The notes under the pieces are model-generated. The model saw nothing but the letters and a program-made list of their open reading frames with translations, had not been told where the DNA came from and made no database searches. From the NCBI GenBank assembly GCA_036399915.1, contig DASWME010000127.1, positions 14,305-78,304 of the forward strand: DNA of 64,000 bases, read 5' to 3'. The stretch comes from Thermoanaerobaculia bacterium. Its GTDB lineage: Bacteria > Acidobacteriota > Thermoanaerobaculia > Multivoradales > UBA5704. A program made the position numbers and the translations under genes. Shown here in pieces: positions 1 to 9,174 of the stretch; the stretch's first letter is position 1; every line of letters begins with the position of its first letter.

Positions 1-80
1 GACCACTTCGTGACGAGGTTGGGTGCGGTCATAATGCCTCCTGTGGAGTTCTTTGTCGCGCGGCCAGCATACCGCTCGGA

Positions 81-494
81 TCAGCTCTCCTTCTCGCAGT
101 TGACCATCCATGGTGTGCCGAACCGGTCGACGAGCATGCCGAAGCCACCGGCGGCCCAGAAGGTCTTCTCGAACGGCATCTTCACCGTTCCGTTTTCCGC
201 CAGGGCCTTGAAGATCCGTTCCGCGTCCGCCGGCTTGTCGACGTGGATCGACACGTACAGGCCCTGAGGTTTCGCGTAGTGCTCGGGCGGACTGTCGGAC
301 CCCATCAGGACCTGGTCGCCCACGGTGAGGCGGGCGTGCATGATCCGCTCGTGCCAGTCCGGTGGCACCTGGTCCGCGATCGGCGATTCGCCGTGAGTCA
401 TCATGAGTTCGACCTTGCCGCCAAGCACCTGCTCGTAGAGCCGGAACGCTTCCGCGCACTGGCCGTTGAAGTTGAGATACGGAGTGAATTGCAT
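81..494 (-). CDS. VOC/glyoxalase superfamily protein (PhnB-like, about 138 aa). Start is placed at the internal Met (MQFTPYLNFNG...) of the 213-aa track ORF.
   Basis: The C-terminal 138 aa of ORF 81..722 read MQFTPYLNFNGQCAEAFRLYEQVLGG...FGTPWMVNCE, typical of the glyoxalase/bleomycin-resistance (PhnB) fold. The upstream 76 aa are R/S/P-rich GC-artefact sequence. Confidence 0.7.
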   Translation of the reverse strand: MQFTPYLNFNGQCAEAFRLYEQVLGGKVELMMTHGESPIADQVPPDWHERIMHARLTVGDQVLMGSDSPPEHYAKPQGLYVSIHVDKPADAERIFKALAENGTVKMPFEKTFWAAGGFGMLVDRFGTPWMVNCEKES

Positions 495-528
495 GGTGTG
501 CACCTCGCTTGTTGATGTTTGGATTCGG

Positions 529-825
529 CTAGCCGCCGGCCATGGCCCCGATGACGAAGAGGGGTTCCGCTCCCGACGCGACCGCGTCGGGCAGCGGGGA
601 ATCGAGCGGCTCGTGGGAGAGATCCTGCTCGCCGGCGAAGAACCGCAGGAACGGCCGGCGCTGTTGCGTGACATGGTCGCGGATCGTCCCCCGCAGCATC
701 GGATAGCGGGCCTCGAGCGCATCGAGGACCGAGCGCAGCGTCGCCGGACCCTCGACCTGGAGCTCCACGTCGCCCGCGACGCGCGCCAGCGTCCGCAGGT
801 GGGCCGGCAGCACGACTTTTATCAT
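529..825 (-). CDS. MoaD/ThiS family sulfur-carrier protein (ends in Gly-Gly).
   Basis: Protein [26 protein letters not shown]...[11 protein letters not shown] has a ubiquitin-like length and a C-terminal GG. Its start overlaps the upstream gene's stop at 834..837. Confidence 0.7.
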   Translation of the reverse strand: MIKVVLPAHLRTLARVAGDVELQVEGPATLRSVLDALEARYPMLRGTIRDHVTQQRRPFLRFFAGEQDLSHEPLDSPLPDAVASGAEPLFVIGAMAGG

Positions 826-833
826 GGCAGGCA

Positions 834-1949
834 TCATGGCAGGGTCTGCACCTCGACGGACAGGACGGGCGGAAGATCCCGGACGATGGGCGCCCAGCTA
901 TCCCCGGCGTCGGCCGAGGCGTACACCTGCCCGCCGGTGGTGCCGAAATACACGCCGCACGAATCGAGCGCGTCGACGGCCATGGCGTCGCGCAGCACGT
1001 TGACGTAGCAGTCGCTTTGCGGCAGGCCGTTCGTGAGCGCCTCCCACTCGTTGCCACCCGTGCGGCTGCGGTACACGCGCAGCTTCCCCTCGGGCGGGTA
1101 ATGCTCGGAATCGCTCTTGATGGGGACGACGTAGATGGTTTCCGGCTCGTGCGCGTGAACCTCGATCGGGAACCCGAAGTCGGAAGGCAGGTTGCCGCTG
1201 ACCTCGTTCCACGACTCGCCGGCATCGTCGCTACGCATCACGTCCCAGTGCTTCTGCATGAACAGCACGTCCGGTCGCGACCGGTGCATCGCGATACGGT
1301 GGACGCAGTGGCCGACCTCGGCATCCGGGTCGGGAATGCCTTCGGACTTCAGCCCACGGTTGATCGGCCGCCACGTCTTGCCGGCGTCGTCGGTCCGGAA
1401 CGCGCCGGCAGCCGAGATGGCGATGAAGATGCGCTCGGGATCGCTCGGATCCAGAAGGATCGTGTGCAGGCACATCCCACCGGCGCCCGGCTGCCAGTAG
1501 GCACCTGAGCCGTGGCCGCGCAGTCCGGGGAGCTCCTGCCACGTCTGCCCGCCGTCGGTAGTGCGGAACAGGGCGGCGTCTTCAACCCCGGCGTAGACGG
1601 TGTCCGGATCGGTCAGCGAGGGCTCGAGATGCCAGACGCGCTGGAACTCCCAGGGGTGCGGCGTGCCGTCGTACCACTGGTGAGTGCCGGGGACGCCCTC
1701 GTACACGAACTTGTTGCCCACGGGCTCCCACGTCCTGCCGCCGTCGTCGGAGCGCTGGATCACCTGTCCGTGCCAGCCGGTGGACTGCGACGCATACAAC
1801 CGGTTCGAGTCAGCGGGCGAGCCCTTCAGATGGTAGACCTCCCAGCCTCCGAAGAGGGGGCCGCTGACCTCCCATCGCTCGCGCTTGCCGTCCGCTGTCA
1901 GCACGAACGCGCCCTTGCGTGTACCTACCAGAACCCGTACTCCGCTCAT
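834..1949 (-). CDS. BNR/Asp-box repeat protein (sialidase-like / Ycf48-like beta-propeller), with no signal peptide.
   Basis: Five Asp-box motifs SxDxGxTW are present ([55 protein letters not shown]). The start at internal Met MSGVRVLVG is preceded by a GGAGG ribosome-binding site. Confidence 0.75.
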   Translation of the reverse strand: MSGVRVLVGTRKGAFVLTADGKRERWEVSGPLFGGWEVYHLKGSPADSNRLYASQSTGWHGQVIQRSDDGGRTWEPVGNKFVYEGVPGTHQWYDGTPHPWEFQRVWHLEPSLTDPDTVYAGVEDAALFRTTDGGQTWQELPGLRGHGSGAYWQPGAGGMCLHTILLDPSDPERIFIAISAAGAFRTDDAGKTWRPINRGLKSEGIPDPDAEVGHCVHRIAMHRSRPDVLFMQKHWDVMRSDDAGESWNEVSGNLPSDFGFPIEVHAHEPETIYVVPIKSDSEHYPPEGKLRVYRSRTGGNEWEALTNGLPQSDCYVNVLRDAMAVDALDSCGVYFGTTGGQVYASADAGDSWAPIVRDLPPVLSVEVQTLP

Positions 1950-2241
1950 CCCTGCCTCCTTCCCAAGCGTTCCGAAACGCCGCCGCGAGCTCCCGCCTCG
2001 TAATCTAGTCGAACGCACCGGGGCCAGATCGACATCCCCGACCAACAACCGGCCGGGTTCCCCTCCGGCGCGATTATAGTCCGGAACTGCATGCCGCGGG
2101 CCGCCCGCCAGGTGTCCGGAACCGGGAAGCGCTTCTTCGCCGGATCACTTCCTTCGGAATGTAGACCCGTCGAACCGAGCGGCTACGGGCACCGCGGCGG
2201 TGCCCGTAGCCAGTGGACGCTCGGTGCTCGCTGCGGAGGCC

Positions 2242-3252
2242 TCAGCGGGGCTCGCGGGGCTCCTGTGGCTCCCCTCTTCCTGACAGGTCGAGCGGCGGCG
2301 CGCCCGGCGTCCGCAGCGAGTAGGCGAGGACCTGGCGGCGGGACACGACCTGGCGCCCATCCGCTTCAAAAACCCGGGAATGGGAGATCACCTGCAGCGG
2401 CTCGATCAGGGCGGTGTCGACGTTCTCGGGCATCACATACATCAGGCGGCTCCAGGCCGTTCGGGCGTTGGGCACATCGCGCGAGAAACGCCCCTCGACC
2501 TCCGTCCTGGAGACGGCTCGTTGGAACCAGCCGCCGCGCCCCAGGGGCTGCTCCTTCGTGCCTTCCCGCCGCGCAGCGACTTCGGCTCCGCCCACGCGGA
2601 TCGACGCGATCCCACCGGTGCGGTGGACCGAGATGCGGACTCCGGCATTGGCAAAATCGATCCCATTGACCTGGCGCAGGAGGCCGAAGCGATATTCGGT
2701 GATCTCCGGCACCGCCTCCAGGTCGCCGCGCGCCATGCCGAACTTCGTGTATCCGACGTCCACCTTGGCAAGATCGAACTGTTCGGCCTTCACGATTCCC
2801 GCGGCAGCGAGGCGCTCGAAACAGTCCTCGAATCGCTCCCGGGCCGCCGCTTCGCCGATCGCCGGGGCGAACGGGAGCTCGTCTGCAAGGTCGGTGTTCG
2901 CAAGGCGGAGGTCATCGTACCGCGGGTCGTACTCGACGTGGAGATACGGCACAGCGGCACTGGGATGCTCACCCCACGCCTGCGCCGCCTTGGCGTGCCG
3001 CTTGGCGGCAGCCATGAACGAGTTGAGGGAGAGATCCTTGCGCTCCAGGAGGACCTGGGCGACCGCGTGGGCGCGAGTTGCGACTTCGGCAGGCAGCCGC
3101 TTCGGCCAGCGCGCCTCGAAGACACCCAACCTCGCTCCCGCCGGCTCGGCAGCCGCCGGTCCGGCGCCGCCGTCCGCGCGAATCCCGGGCGGCCCGCCGG
3201 CGAGCGCGAGGGCGAAAGAGAAAGTCACGACAAGAGCGGTCTTGGTGTTCAT
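2242..3252 (-). CDS. Secreted hypothetical protein (about 337 aa).
   Basis: Internal Met MNTKTALVVTFSFALALAGG gives a signal peptide. The upstream part of the 488-aa track ORF is R-rich artefact. An ATGA overlap with the upstream gene at 3249..3252 suggests an operon. Confidence 0.55.
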   Translation of the reverse strand: MNTKTALVVTFSFALALAGGPPGIRADGGAGPAAAEPAGARLGVFEARWPKRLPAEVATRAHAVAQVLLERKDLSLNSFMAAAKRHAKAAQAWGEHPSAAVPYLHVEYDPRYDDLRLANTDLADELPFAPAIGEAAARERFEDCFERLAAAGIVKAEQFDLAKVDVGYTKFGMARGDLEAVPEITEYRFGLLRQVNGIDFANAGVRISVHRTGGIASIRVGGAEVAARREGTKEQPLGRGGWFQRAVSRTEVEGRFSRDVPNARTAWSRLMYVMPENVDTALIEPLQVISHSRVFEADGRQVVSRRQVLAYSLRTPGAPPLDLSGRGEPQEPREPR

Positions 3253-4079
3253 CGGCAACCTCCGTCTCCATGGTCGTAGAAGGTGTAGACGTAGTAGAAC
3301 AAGGGTTGGCCACCGCCGCAGCCGGGACCGCCCGGCCGCGGTGACGTGTAGATCTGGCGCTTGAGCGCGGCGTCGTTGTGCACCGCTAGGGCCTCGCTCG
3401 CCGTGGCGCCGTAGCTGACCACGATGGGCGAGTTGTCGCCCGTGAACCAGCCGGGCCGGTCTTCCATCGCCCCCAGCCACGAGTTCTTGTTGGATTTCGA
3501 GCCGGTGCCGTTGAAGAAGTTCTTGGCCCCATCGCCATGCACCGATGGCGAGTTGTGGTAGCCGAACTGCTGTCGCAGCCATTGCCAGTTGCCTCCGTCC
3601 ACCAGCGAGCTGGTGTGGAGCGTGCAGCTCGTGATGTATATCCCAAAGCCGCTCGCCGCGCCGCTCATCGCGCCCAGACGCATGTTTTTCGAGAAATCGA
3701 TGGTGCACACGCCGTCACGGGGATATCCCCACTGCAGGAGCCCCTTGTTGCCGTGTCCGGCGTATACCGACAACAGGGCGGCGTCGGCGTAGATGCTGTC
3801 CAGGCCGCCAGCGCCGTACAAAGGAGAGCAGGACTCGATGAAGTCCTGCGGCCAAGCGTTCGCGTCGACCCAGCGCGTGCCCGCCCACCCGGCGCTCCTG
3901 AGCGCATCGCAGAGCTGGCTCGTGACGTCGTTGAGATCGGCGTTCTGGCACCCGTTGCCGGAAAAATCGAGCGATTCGTCGATATAGAACGTGCTGGCAG
4001 CTCCTGCGGGTAGACTCCCCATCAGGCACAGCCAGACGATCCACTGCAGACAGAGTCGAAAACGCTGTGTGTTCTTCAT
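3249..4079 (-). CDS. Secreted protein with a possible caspase-like (clan CD) peptidase fold.
   Basis: Signal peptide MKNTQRFRLCLQWIVWLCLMGSLPAGAAS. A hydrophobic strand is followed by a His-Gly (LLSVYAGHGNKG), and about 44 aa later a hydrophobic strand is followed by a Cys (GFGIYITSCTLH), matching the His/Cys dyad spacing of caspase-fold peptidases. An AGGAGG ribosome-binding site lies upstream. Calling it a peptidase is an inference. Confidence 0.5.
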   Translation of the reverse strand: MKNTQRFRLCLQWIVWLCLMGSLPAGAASTFYIDESLDFSGNGCQNADLNDVTSQLCDALRSAGWAGTRWVDANAWPQDFIESCSPLYGAGGLDSIYADAALLSVYAGHGNKGLLQWGYPRDGVCTIDFSKNMRLGAMSGAASGFGIYITSCTLHTSSLVDGGNWQWLRQQFGYHNSPSVHGDGAKNFFNGTGSKSNKNSWLGAMEDRPGWFTGDNSPIVVSYGATASEALAVHNDAALKRQIYTSPRPGGPGCGGGQPLFYYVYTFYDHGDGGCR

Positions 4080-4112
4080 GTCTTTCCTCCTTCGTTGGAT
4101 GGTCCAAACTCC

Positions 4113-5573
4113 TCAGTACTGCGAAGAGGTCCAGTAGCCGTGAATGTCGTGGTCCGTCGAGCTCCAGAAGTGCTCGTACACCCACAAGGCGCAGCGCGAG
4201 CCCGGCGCCCCGGTGCAGGCGAGCGGGCTCGCGAAGCTGGTGGTGAGGGGATCGATCCTCGTGACCGCAAGCTGGACGTAGCGGTCGTTCTTCGCGTCAT
4301 CGGTCAGACGGGTGGTGGAGCCGAGCGTGCCACTGGCGAAAATTTTGCGGGTGTACACCTCGCCATTCCCACTTCCTCTGACGTAGGCCAACTCGAAGAC
4401 GCCCTCATAAGGCCAGTACTCTGTCGCTGTATGGGAGCCGGCGAGCGAGTACTCGGGAAGGGCGCTCGCGGGAGTCGCGAACTCGCTCAGCGGTACTGAT
4501 ACGGCGGTCACCAACGACCCGACCGGGACGAGAGGTTCGAGTCCCGGGCTGCCGGCGAAGAGCTGCCCGCGGAGCGCCGCCGAGGTCCCATAGGGATTGG
4601 AGATGATGGTACGCCAGAACACCGCCCAGCGATCGCTGGCGTAGCTGTAGGCGAGCACCGGCGGGCCGTTGGACGACGAGGTGACGACAATTTTGTCCTC
4701 GTCCTTGTCGGGCGTGCCCCCCACGACACTGACCTTGCGCACGACGATCTGGCCATTAGGACGGCGGTAGGCCAGGACATAGTAGTCGTCGTTGTAGCCG
4801 TCGCTGTTGCTGGCGCTGTGCCCATAGGCGATCTGCGGCGCGGATAGCGGCTGATCGCCGGCGCCCAGCGATTCGACCAGCTTCTCGCTCCATGCGCCGC
4901 TCGCGTCGTTGACCATCGCCAGCCGGATGGATGAGAAAGGGTCCGTGGTGGTACCAAAGCTGGTGGCGCGATAGGCCAGGAGGTGCGGGTACGGACAGGC
5001 AACGGTCAAGCCGCACGAAAAGCCGACGTCAGGTTTGGTAGCCGCCGAAGGATCCCGCAGGGTGAGGCCTGAGAGGGCGATCTTCCGGGGAGCCATCGTC
5101 GGGTTGCCCGCCCGATCGAGGATGCGAAAGCCGAGCGCGCCGTCGGAGCGCTGCCAGGCGACAAAGTAGCTCCGCCGCGGCGCCGTGATACTCCCGAACT
5201 TGAACGCGACGGTCGGCTTGGTGTGAGCCACCGCGCCGTCGGCGGAGATGTTGAGCGCCCAGTCGTAGACGGAATCACCAGACGGTATTTCGATCCTTTC
5301 TCCGTCCCACTGGATGAGCTTGCCCCAGACCTGCTTGGCAACCGGGAACGTGTCTGCCTCGAAGGCGACGAGGTAGCGGGCGTGCGTCGCGCCCGGCACG
5401 CTCGGGCTGCCGCCGAAGTCGAACGCTGCGGCAGGACGGCCCTGGAAGTATCCGTTGGTCTCGATGGCCGGGGGGTCGCCGGCTTCTCCCGTTACCGGGA
5501 GCACCAGCGCCAGCAGCGCGGCCACGATGGCCGCGCGCCTGAGAGGGTACCCATGCGACTTGCTCTGGTTCAT
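4113..5573 (-). CDS. Secreted hypothetical protein (about 486 aa), possibly a beta-propeller.
   Basis: Internal Met MNQSKSHGYPLRRAAIVAALLALVLPVTGEAG has a strong AAGGAGA ribosome-binding site and a signal peptide. Strand-like motifs recur (YLVAFE, YFVAWQ, YYVLAYRR, WAVFW). The upstream 233 aa of the track ORF is artefact. Confidence 0.6.
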   Translation of the reverse strand: MNQSKSHGYPLRRAAIVAALLALVLPVTGEAGDPPAIETNGYFQGRPAAAFDFGGSPSVPGATHARYLVAFEADTFPVAKQVWGKLIQWDGERIEIPSGDSVYDWALNISADGAVAHTKPTVAFKFGSITAPRRSYFVAWQRSDGALGFRILDRAGNPTMAPRKIALSGLTLRDPSAATKPDVGFSCGLTVACPYPHLLAYRATSFGTTTDPFSSIRLAMVNDASGAWSEKLVESLGAGDQPLSAPQIAYGHSASNSDGYNDDYYVLAYRRPNGQIVVRKVSVVGGTPDKDEDKIVVTSSSNGPPVLAYSYASDRWAVFWRTIISNPYGTSAALRGQLFAGSPGLEPLVPVGSLVTAVSVPLSEFATPASALPEYSLAGSHTATEYWPYEGVFELAYVRGSGNGEVYTRKIFASGTLGSTTRLTDDAKNDRYVQLAVTRIDPLTTSFASPLACTGAPGSRCALWVYEHFWSSTDHDIHGYWTSSQY

Positions 5574-5729
5574 ATGTTTTCTCCTTTCACCGGGTAAGGC
5601 GCAGGCGGAAGGAAAACCGGCTGACGACGAAGTGACGGCGCCTCTGCGCTGAGGAGAAAGGCGTACAATGGCTGAAACGCCTTCGCCCTTGACGCCACTC
5701 ATGGGTGCGGTCTGTCTCGTGGACGTCCG

Positions 5730-6287
5730 ATGCCAACCCCTGTGACCGAGCTCCTCCGCGACTGGCATGGCGGCGATGAAGCCGCCCGCGACCGGCTCAT
5801 CTCGCTCGTCTATGACGAGTTGCGCCGGCTCGCCAGCGGCCAGCTCGCGGGCGAGCGCGGCGGCCATACGCTGCAGCCGACGGCCCTGGTCCACGAGGCC
5901 TATCTGCGGCTGGCCGACCACCAACGGCTGGATTGGCAGGGCCGGACCCACTTCTTTGCCATTGCGGCCATGACCATGCGGCGGATCCTGGTCAGCCACG
6001 CCCGCAAGCACCGAGCAGCCAAGCGCGGCCAGGGCGGGATCGCCGTGACCCTCTGCGAGGACCAGGCGGTCGACGCGGGCCGGAGCGTCGATCTGCTGGC
6101 TCTCGACGAGGCTCTCGCGGCGCTGGAGCGGATCGATCCCCGCCAGTGCCGCATCATCGAGCTGCGCTATTTCGGCGGGCTCACGATCGAGGAGACGGCC
6201 GAGGCGCTGGGGATCTCCCCCGCCACGGTCAAGCTCGACTGGAGCCTGGCCCGCGCGTGGCTGTTCCGGCAACTCTCAAGGAGGTAG
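5730..6287 (+). CDS. ECF-type RNA polymerase sigma factor of the Ser/Thr-kinase-associated subfamily.
   Basis: N-terminus TELLRDWHGGDEAARDRLISLVYDELRRLA and C-terminal region-4 sequence ELRYFGGLTIEETAEALGISPATVKLDW. It lies immediately upstream of a protein kinase gene. Confidence 0.9.
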   Translation: MPTPVTELLRDWHGGDEAARDRLISLVYDELRRLASGQLAGERGGHTLQPTALVHEAYLRLADHQRLDWQGRTHFFAIAAMTMRRILVSHARKHRAAKRGQGGIAVTLCEDQAVDAGRSVDLLALDEALAALERIDPRQCRIIELRYFGGLTIEETAEALGISPATVKLDWSLARAWLFRQLSRR

Positions 6288-6290
6288 CCT

Positions 6291-9083
6291 ATGAACGGCG
6301 ATCGCTGGCAGCGGGTGCGGGAGATCTTCCAGACCGCTCTCGAGCACGATGCCATGGAATGGCCGGCCGTCGTGGCGGAAGCCTGCGGCGGCGACGCCGA
6401 CCTGCGGGTCGAGGTGGAGTCGCTCCTGGCGGCGCACCGCGCGGCGGAGGACTTCCTGGCCGGTCCGCAAGGAGACGACCTGGAGATCCGTTCCCTCGTC
6501 GGGCAGAGGATCGGACCCTACCAGGTCGCGCAAAGGCTGGGCAGCGGCGGCATGGGAGTGGTCTACCTGGCGTTCCGCGCCGACCGGGAGTATCGGCGCC
6601 GGGTGGCCCTCAAGGTGCTCAAGCCCGGCCTCGATTCTGAAGAGGTGATCCGGCGCTTCCGCGCCGAGCGCCAGATCCTGGCGGCCCTGGATCATCCCAA
6701 TATCGCCCGGCTGCTCGACGGCGGCACCACGGAACAGGGCCTCCCCTACTTCGCCATGGAGTACGTGGAGGGCCAGCCGATCGATGTCTACTGCGCCGAG
6801 CGCCACCTTTCTGTGGACGAACGGCTGGAGCTGTTGCGCACCGTCTGCGCGGCGGTGGAGCACGCCCATCGCAATCTGGTGGTCCACCGCGACCTCAAGC
6901 CGAGCAACATCCTGGTGAGCGCGGACGGGACGCCCAAGCTCCTCGACTTCGGCATCGCGAAGCTCGTCAATCCGGAGATCTCGTCCGCGACGCTGGCGAT
7001 AACGGCCCTGGGCCTTCAGCCTATGACACCCGACTATGCCAGCCCGGAGCAGGTCCAGGGGGAGCACGTCACCACGGCCAGCGACGTCTATTCTCTCGGG
7101 GTCCTGCTCTACGAGCTGCTCACCGGCCGCCACCCCTATCGCTCGCGGGCCTCGAGCCTCGCCGAGATGCGGCGGCTCATCAGCGAGGAGGAGCCCGAGC
7201 GGCCGAGCCTCGCCGTGATGCGCCGTGACGAAGACGCCGGGGAAGCCTCCGGCGCGGCTGCGGCCCGCGGCCCGGCGCCAGCCGGCGACCGCGGCCGGCT
7301 GCGCCGCCAGCTCGCCGGCGACCTCGACAACATCGTGCTCAAGGCCCTGCAGAAAGATCCGCGGCGGCGGTACGGCTCGGTGGAGCAGCTCTCCGAGGAT
7401 CTCCGGCGCCATCGGGAACGGTTGCCGGTCACGGCGCGGCGGAGCACTCTCGCCTACCGCGCCGGCAGGTTCATCCACCGCCACCGCGTCGGGGTGGCCG
7501 CCGCGGCGGGCCTGCTCGTGGCGATCCTCGGCTTCGGTATCGCCATGGGAGCGCTCGCCGTCCAGCTCTCCCGCGAGCGGGACCGCGCCGAGCAGGTGAC
7601 CTCCTTTCTCACCTCGATCTTCGAGGTCTCGGATCCCTGGCGCTCCAACGGCGAGACGATCTCCGCCCGCGAGATCCTCGACGCCGGCGCCGCCCGGCTG
7701 CGCACCGAGCTGGCGAACGAGCCGCTCGTCCGCTCGAGCCTGATGGAGACCATCGGGACCATCTACCAGCGCCTGGGGCTCCTGGACCGCGCGCAGCCTC
7801 TGCTCGAAGCCACCCTCGCGACTCGCCGGCAGTTGCTGGGAGAGGAGGCTCCCGAAGTGGCCGACGCGCTGAGTGCCCTCGCCACGGTGCGGGACGAGAA
7901 GGGCGAGACCCAGGCGGCAATCGACCTGGTTTCCAAGGCGCTGGCGATTCGCCGACGCGTTTACGGGCCCCGGCACCAAACGGTAGCGAGTAGCCTGCAC
8001 GAGCTCGGCCTTCTGCTGCGGCGGCAGGGAGATCTGGCGGCAGCGGAGGGCAAGCTGCGCGAAGCGCTGACCTTGCGCCGCGCGCTGTCGCCACCGGCCC
8101 GGCGCGATGTGGCCGACAGCCTGAACGGTCTCGGCATCGTGCTCTGGGAGCGGGGAAGATATCAAGAGGCGGAGCTGGCGACTCGCGAAGCCCTGGCCAT
8201 CCGCCGAGAGGTGCTGGGTCGCAACCGCGTCGAGGTCGCCGGGACCCTCAACCTGCTGGCGGTGATCGCGGTCGCCAAGGGCGATCTGGACCAGGCCGAG
8301 TCCCTGCTGCGCGAGGCCCTTGCCCTGCGCCGCAGGATCTTTGGCAGCGAGCATCCGAGGACCGCGGAAAGCCTCAACAACCTGGGAGCCCTGCTCAAGG
8401 ACCGGGGGAAGCTGGACGAAGCGGAAGGTTTTTTGAGGGAGGCACTCACGATGCGCCGCAAGCTCCTGGGTGAGCAGCATTTGAGTGTGGCGACGACCCT
8501 GGAGAACCTCGGATGGCTCGCGCTCGAACGCCAGGATTATTCGACCGCCGCGCGCCTGCAGCAGCAGAGCCTGGCCATTCGCACCAGAATGCTGGGCCGG
8601 AACCATGGGCTGGTGGCCGACAGCCTCGTGGCCCTTGCCATTGTCCTGGAGCGGCAGGAGAGCTTCGACGAGGCCGAGGAGGCGCTGCGGGAATCGCTCC
8701 GGATCCGGCGGGAGGCGCTCGGAGACCAGCACGTCCTGGTGGCCGTGAGCCTTCAAAGTCTCGCGAGCCTGTTGGCACGTCGAGGCAGGTCCGCGGAAGC
8801 GGAGAGGCTGGCGGTCGAAGCCGTGAACCTCGTTCGCCGCATGCAGCCGGTCATTCCGGCACGCCTCGCTGAGGCCGAGCGCGTCCTCGCCAACTGCCTC
8901 GCCGCCCAGCGCCGGTACGCCGCGGCGGAACCGCTTCTGCTGAAGAGCCTGGAAACGCTGAGGTCCGAGCTCGGCGAGGCGGCTCCCACCAGCCGGGAAG
9001 CACTCGCCGATCTCGTCGCCCTCTACGAATCCTGGGGAAAACCCAAGCAGGCGGCGGAGTGGCGCCGAAAGCTCGTGCGGTAG
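6291..9083 (+). CDS. Ser/Thr protein kinase with a TM segment and C-terminal TPR repeats, partner of the ECF sigma.
   Basis: Kinase motifs RLGSGGMGVVY, VALKVLK, HRDLKPSNILV, DFGIAKL and SPEQ are present. A hydrophobic segment VGVAAAAGLLVAILGFGIAMGAL follows. The C-terminal approximately 450 aa are tetratricopeptide-like repeats (ALAIRRRVYGPRH..., ALTLRRAL...). Confidence 0.9.
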   Translation: MNGDRWQRVREIFQTALEHDAMEWPAVVAEACGGDADLRVEVESLLAAHRAAEDFLAGPQGDDLEIRSLVGQRIGPYQVAQRLGSGGMGVVYLAFRADREYRRRVALKVLKPGLDSEEVIRRFRAERQILAALDHPNIARLLDGGTTEQGLPYFAMEYVEGQPIDVYCAERHLSVDERLELLRTVCAAVEHAHRNLVVHRDLKPSNILVSADGTPKLLDFGIAKLVNPEISSATLAITALGLQPMTPDYASPEQVQGEHVTTASDVYSLGVLLYELLTGRHPYRSRASSLAEMRRLISEEEPERPSLAVMRRDEDAGEASGAAAARGPAPAGDRGRLRRQLAGDLDNIVLKALQKDPRRRYGSVEQLSEDLRRHRERLPVTARRSTLAYRAGRFIHRHRVGVAAAAGLLVAILGFGIAMGALAVQLSRERDRAEQVTSFLTSIFEVSDPWRSNGETISAREILDAGAARLRTELANEPLVRSSLMETIGTIYQRLGLLDRAQPLLEATLATRRQLLGEEAPEVADALSALATVRDEKGETQAAIDLVSKALAIRRRVYGPRHQTVASSLHELGLLLRRQGDLAAAEGKLREALTLRRALSPPARRDVADSLNGLGIVLWERGRYQEAELATREALAIRREVLGRNRVEVAGTLNLLAVIAVAKGDLDQAESLLREALALRRRIFGSEHPRTAESLNNLGALLKDRGKLDEAEGFLREALTMRRKLLGEQHLSVATTLENLGWLALERQDYSTAARLQQQSLAIRTRMLGRNHGLVADSLVALAIVLERQESFDEAEEALRESLRIRREALGDQHVLVAVSLQSLASLLARRGRSAEAERLAVEAVNLVRRMQPVIPARLAEAERVLANCLAAQRRYAAAEPLLLKSLETLRSELGEAAPTSREALADLVALYESWGKPKQAAEWRRKLVR

Positions 9084-9174
9084 CGCCCCGTCAGCGCATC
9101 CTCACTCCCGGTATCTATGGTTCGCCCGCGGATTCCATTTCAGGACCGGACACGTTCCAGCCTAAGATAGGGGC

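Noticed and set aside
401-1225. Long ORFs antisense to annotated genes, e.g. 401..1225(-), 1017..1508(+), 9115..10404(-), 10346..11740(-), 10492..11706(+), 14788..16056(+), 15083..15994(-), 17325..18728(+), 18905..19960(+ part), 40195..42165(-), 42352..43362(-), 46867..48339(+), 49686..50573(-), 50063..52081(+), 53123..55579(+), 55354..57009(-), 57023..57949(-).
   Set aside because: Their translations are R/A/P/G-rich low-complexity sequence typical of stop-codon-poor high-GC DNA. They overlap genes with clear family signatures on the other strand or frame, and they lack ribosome-binding sites.
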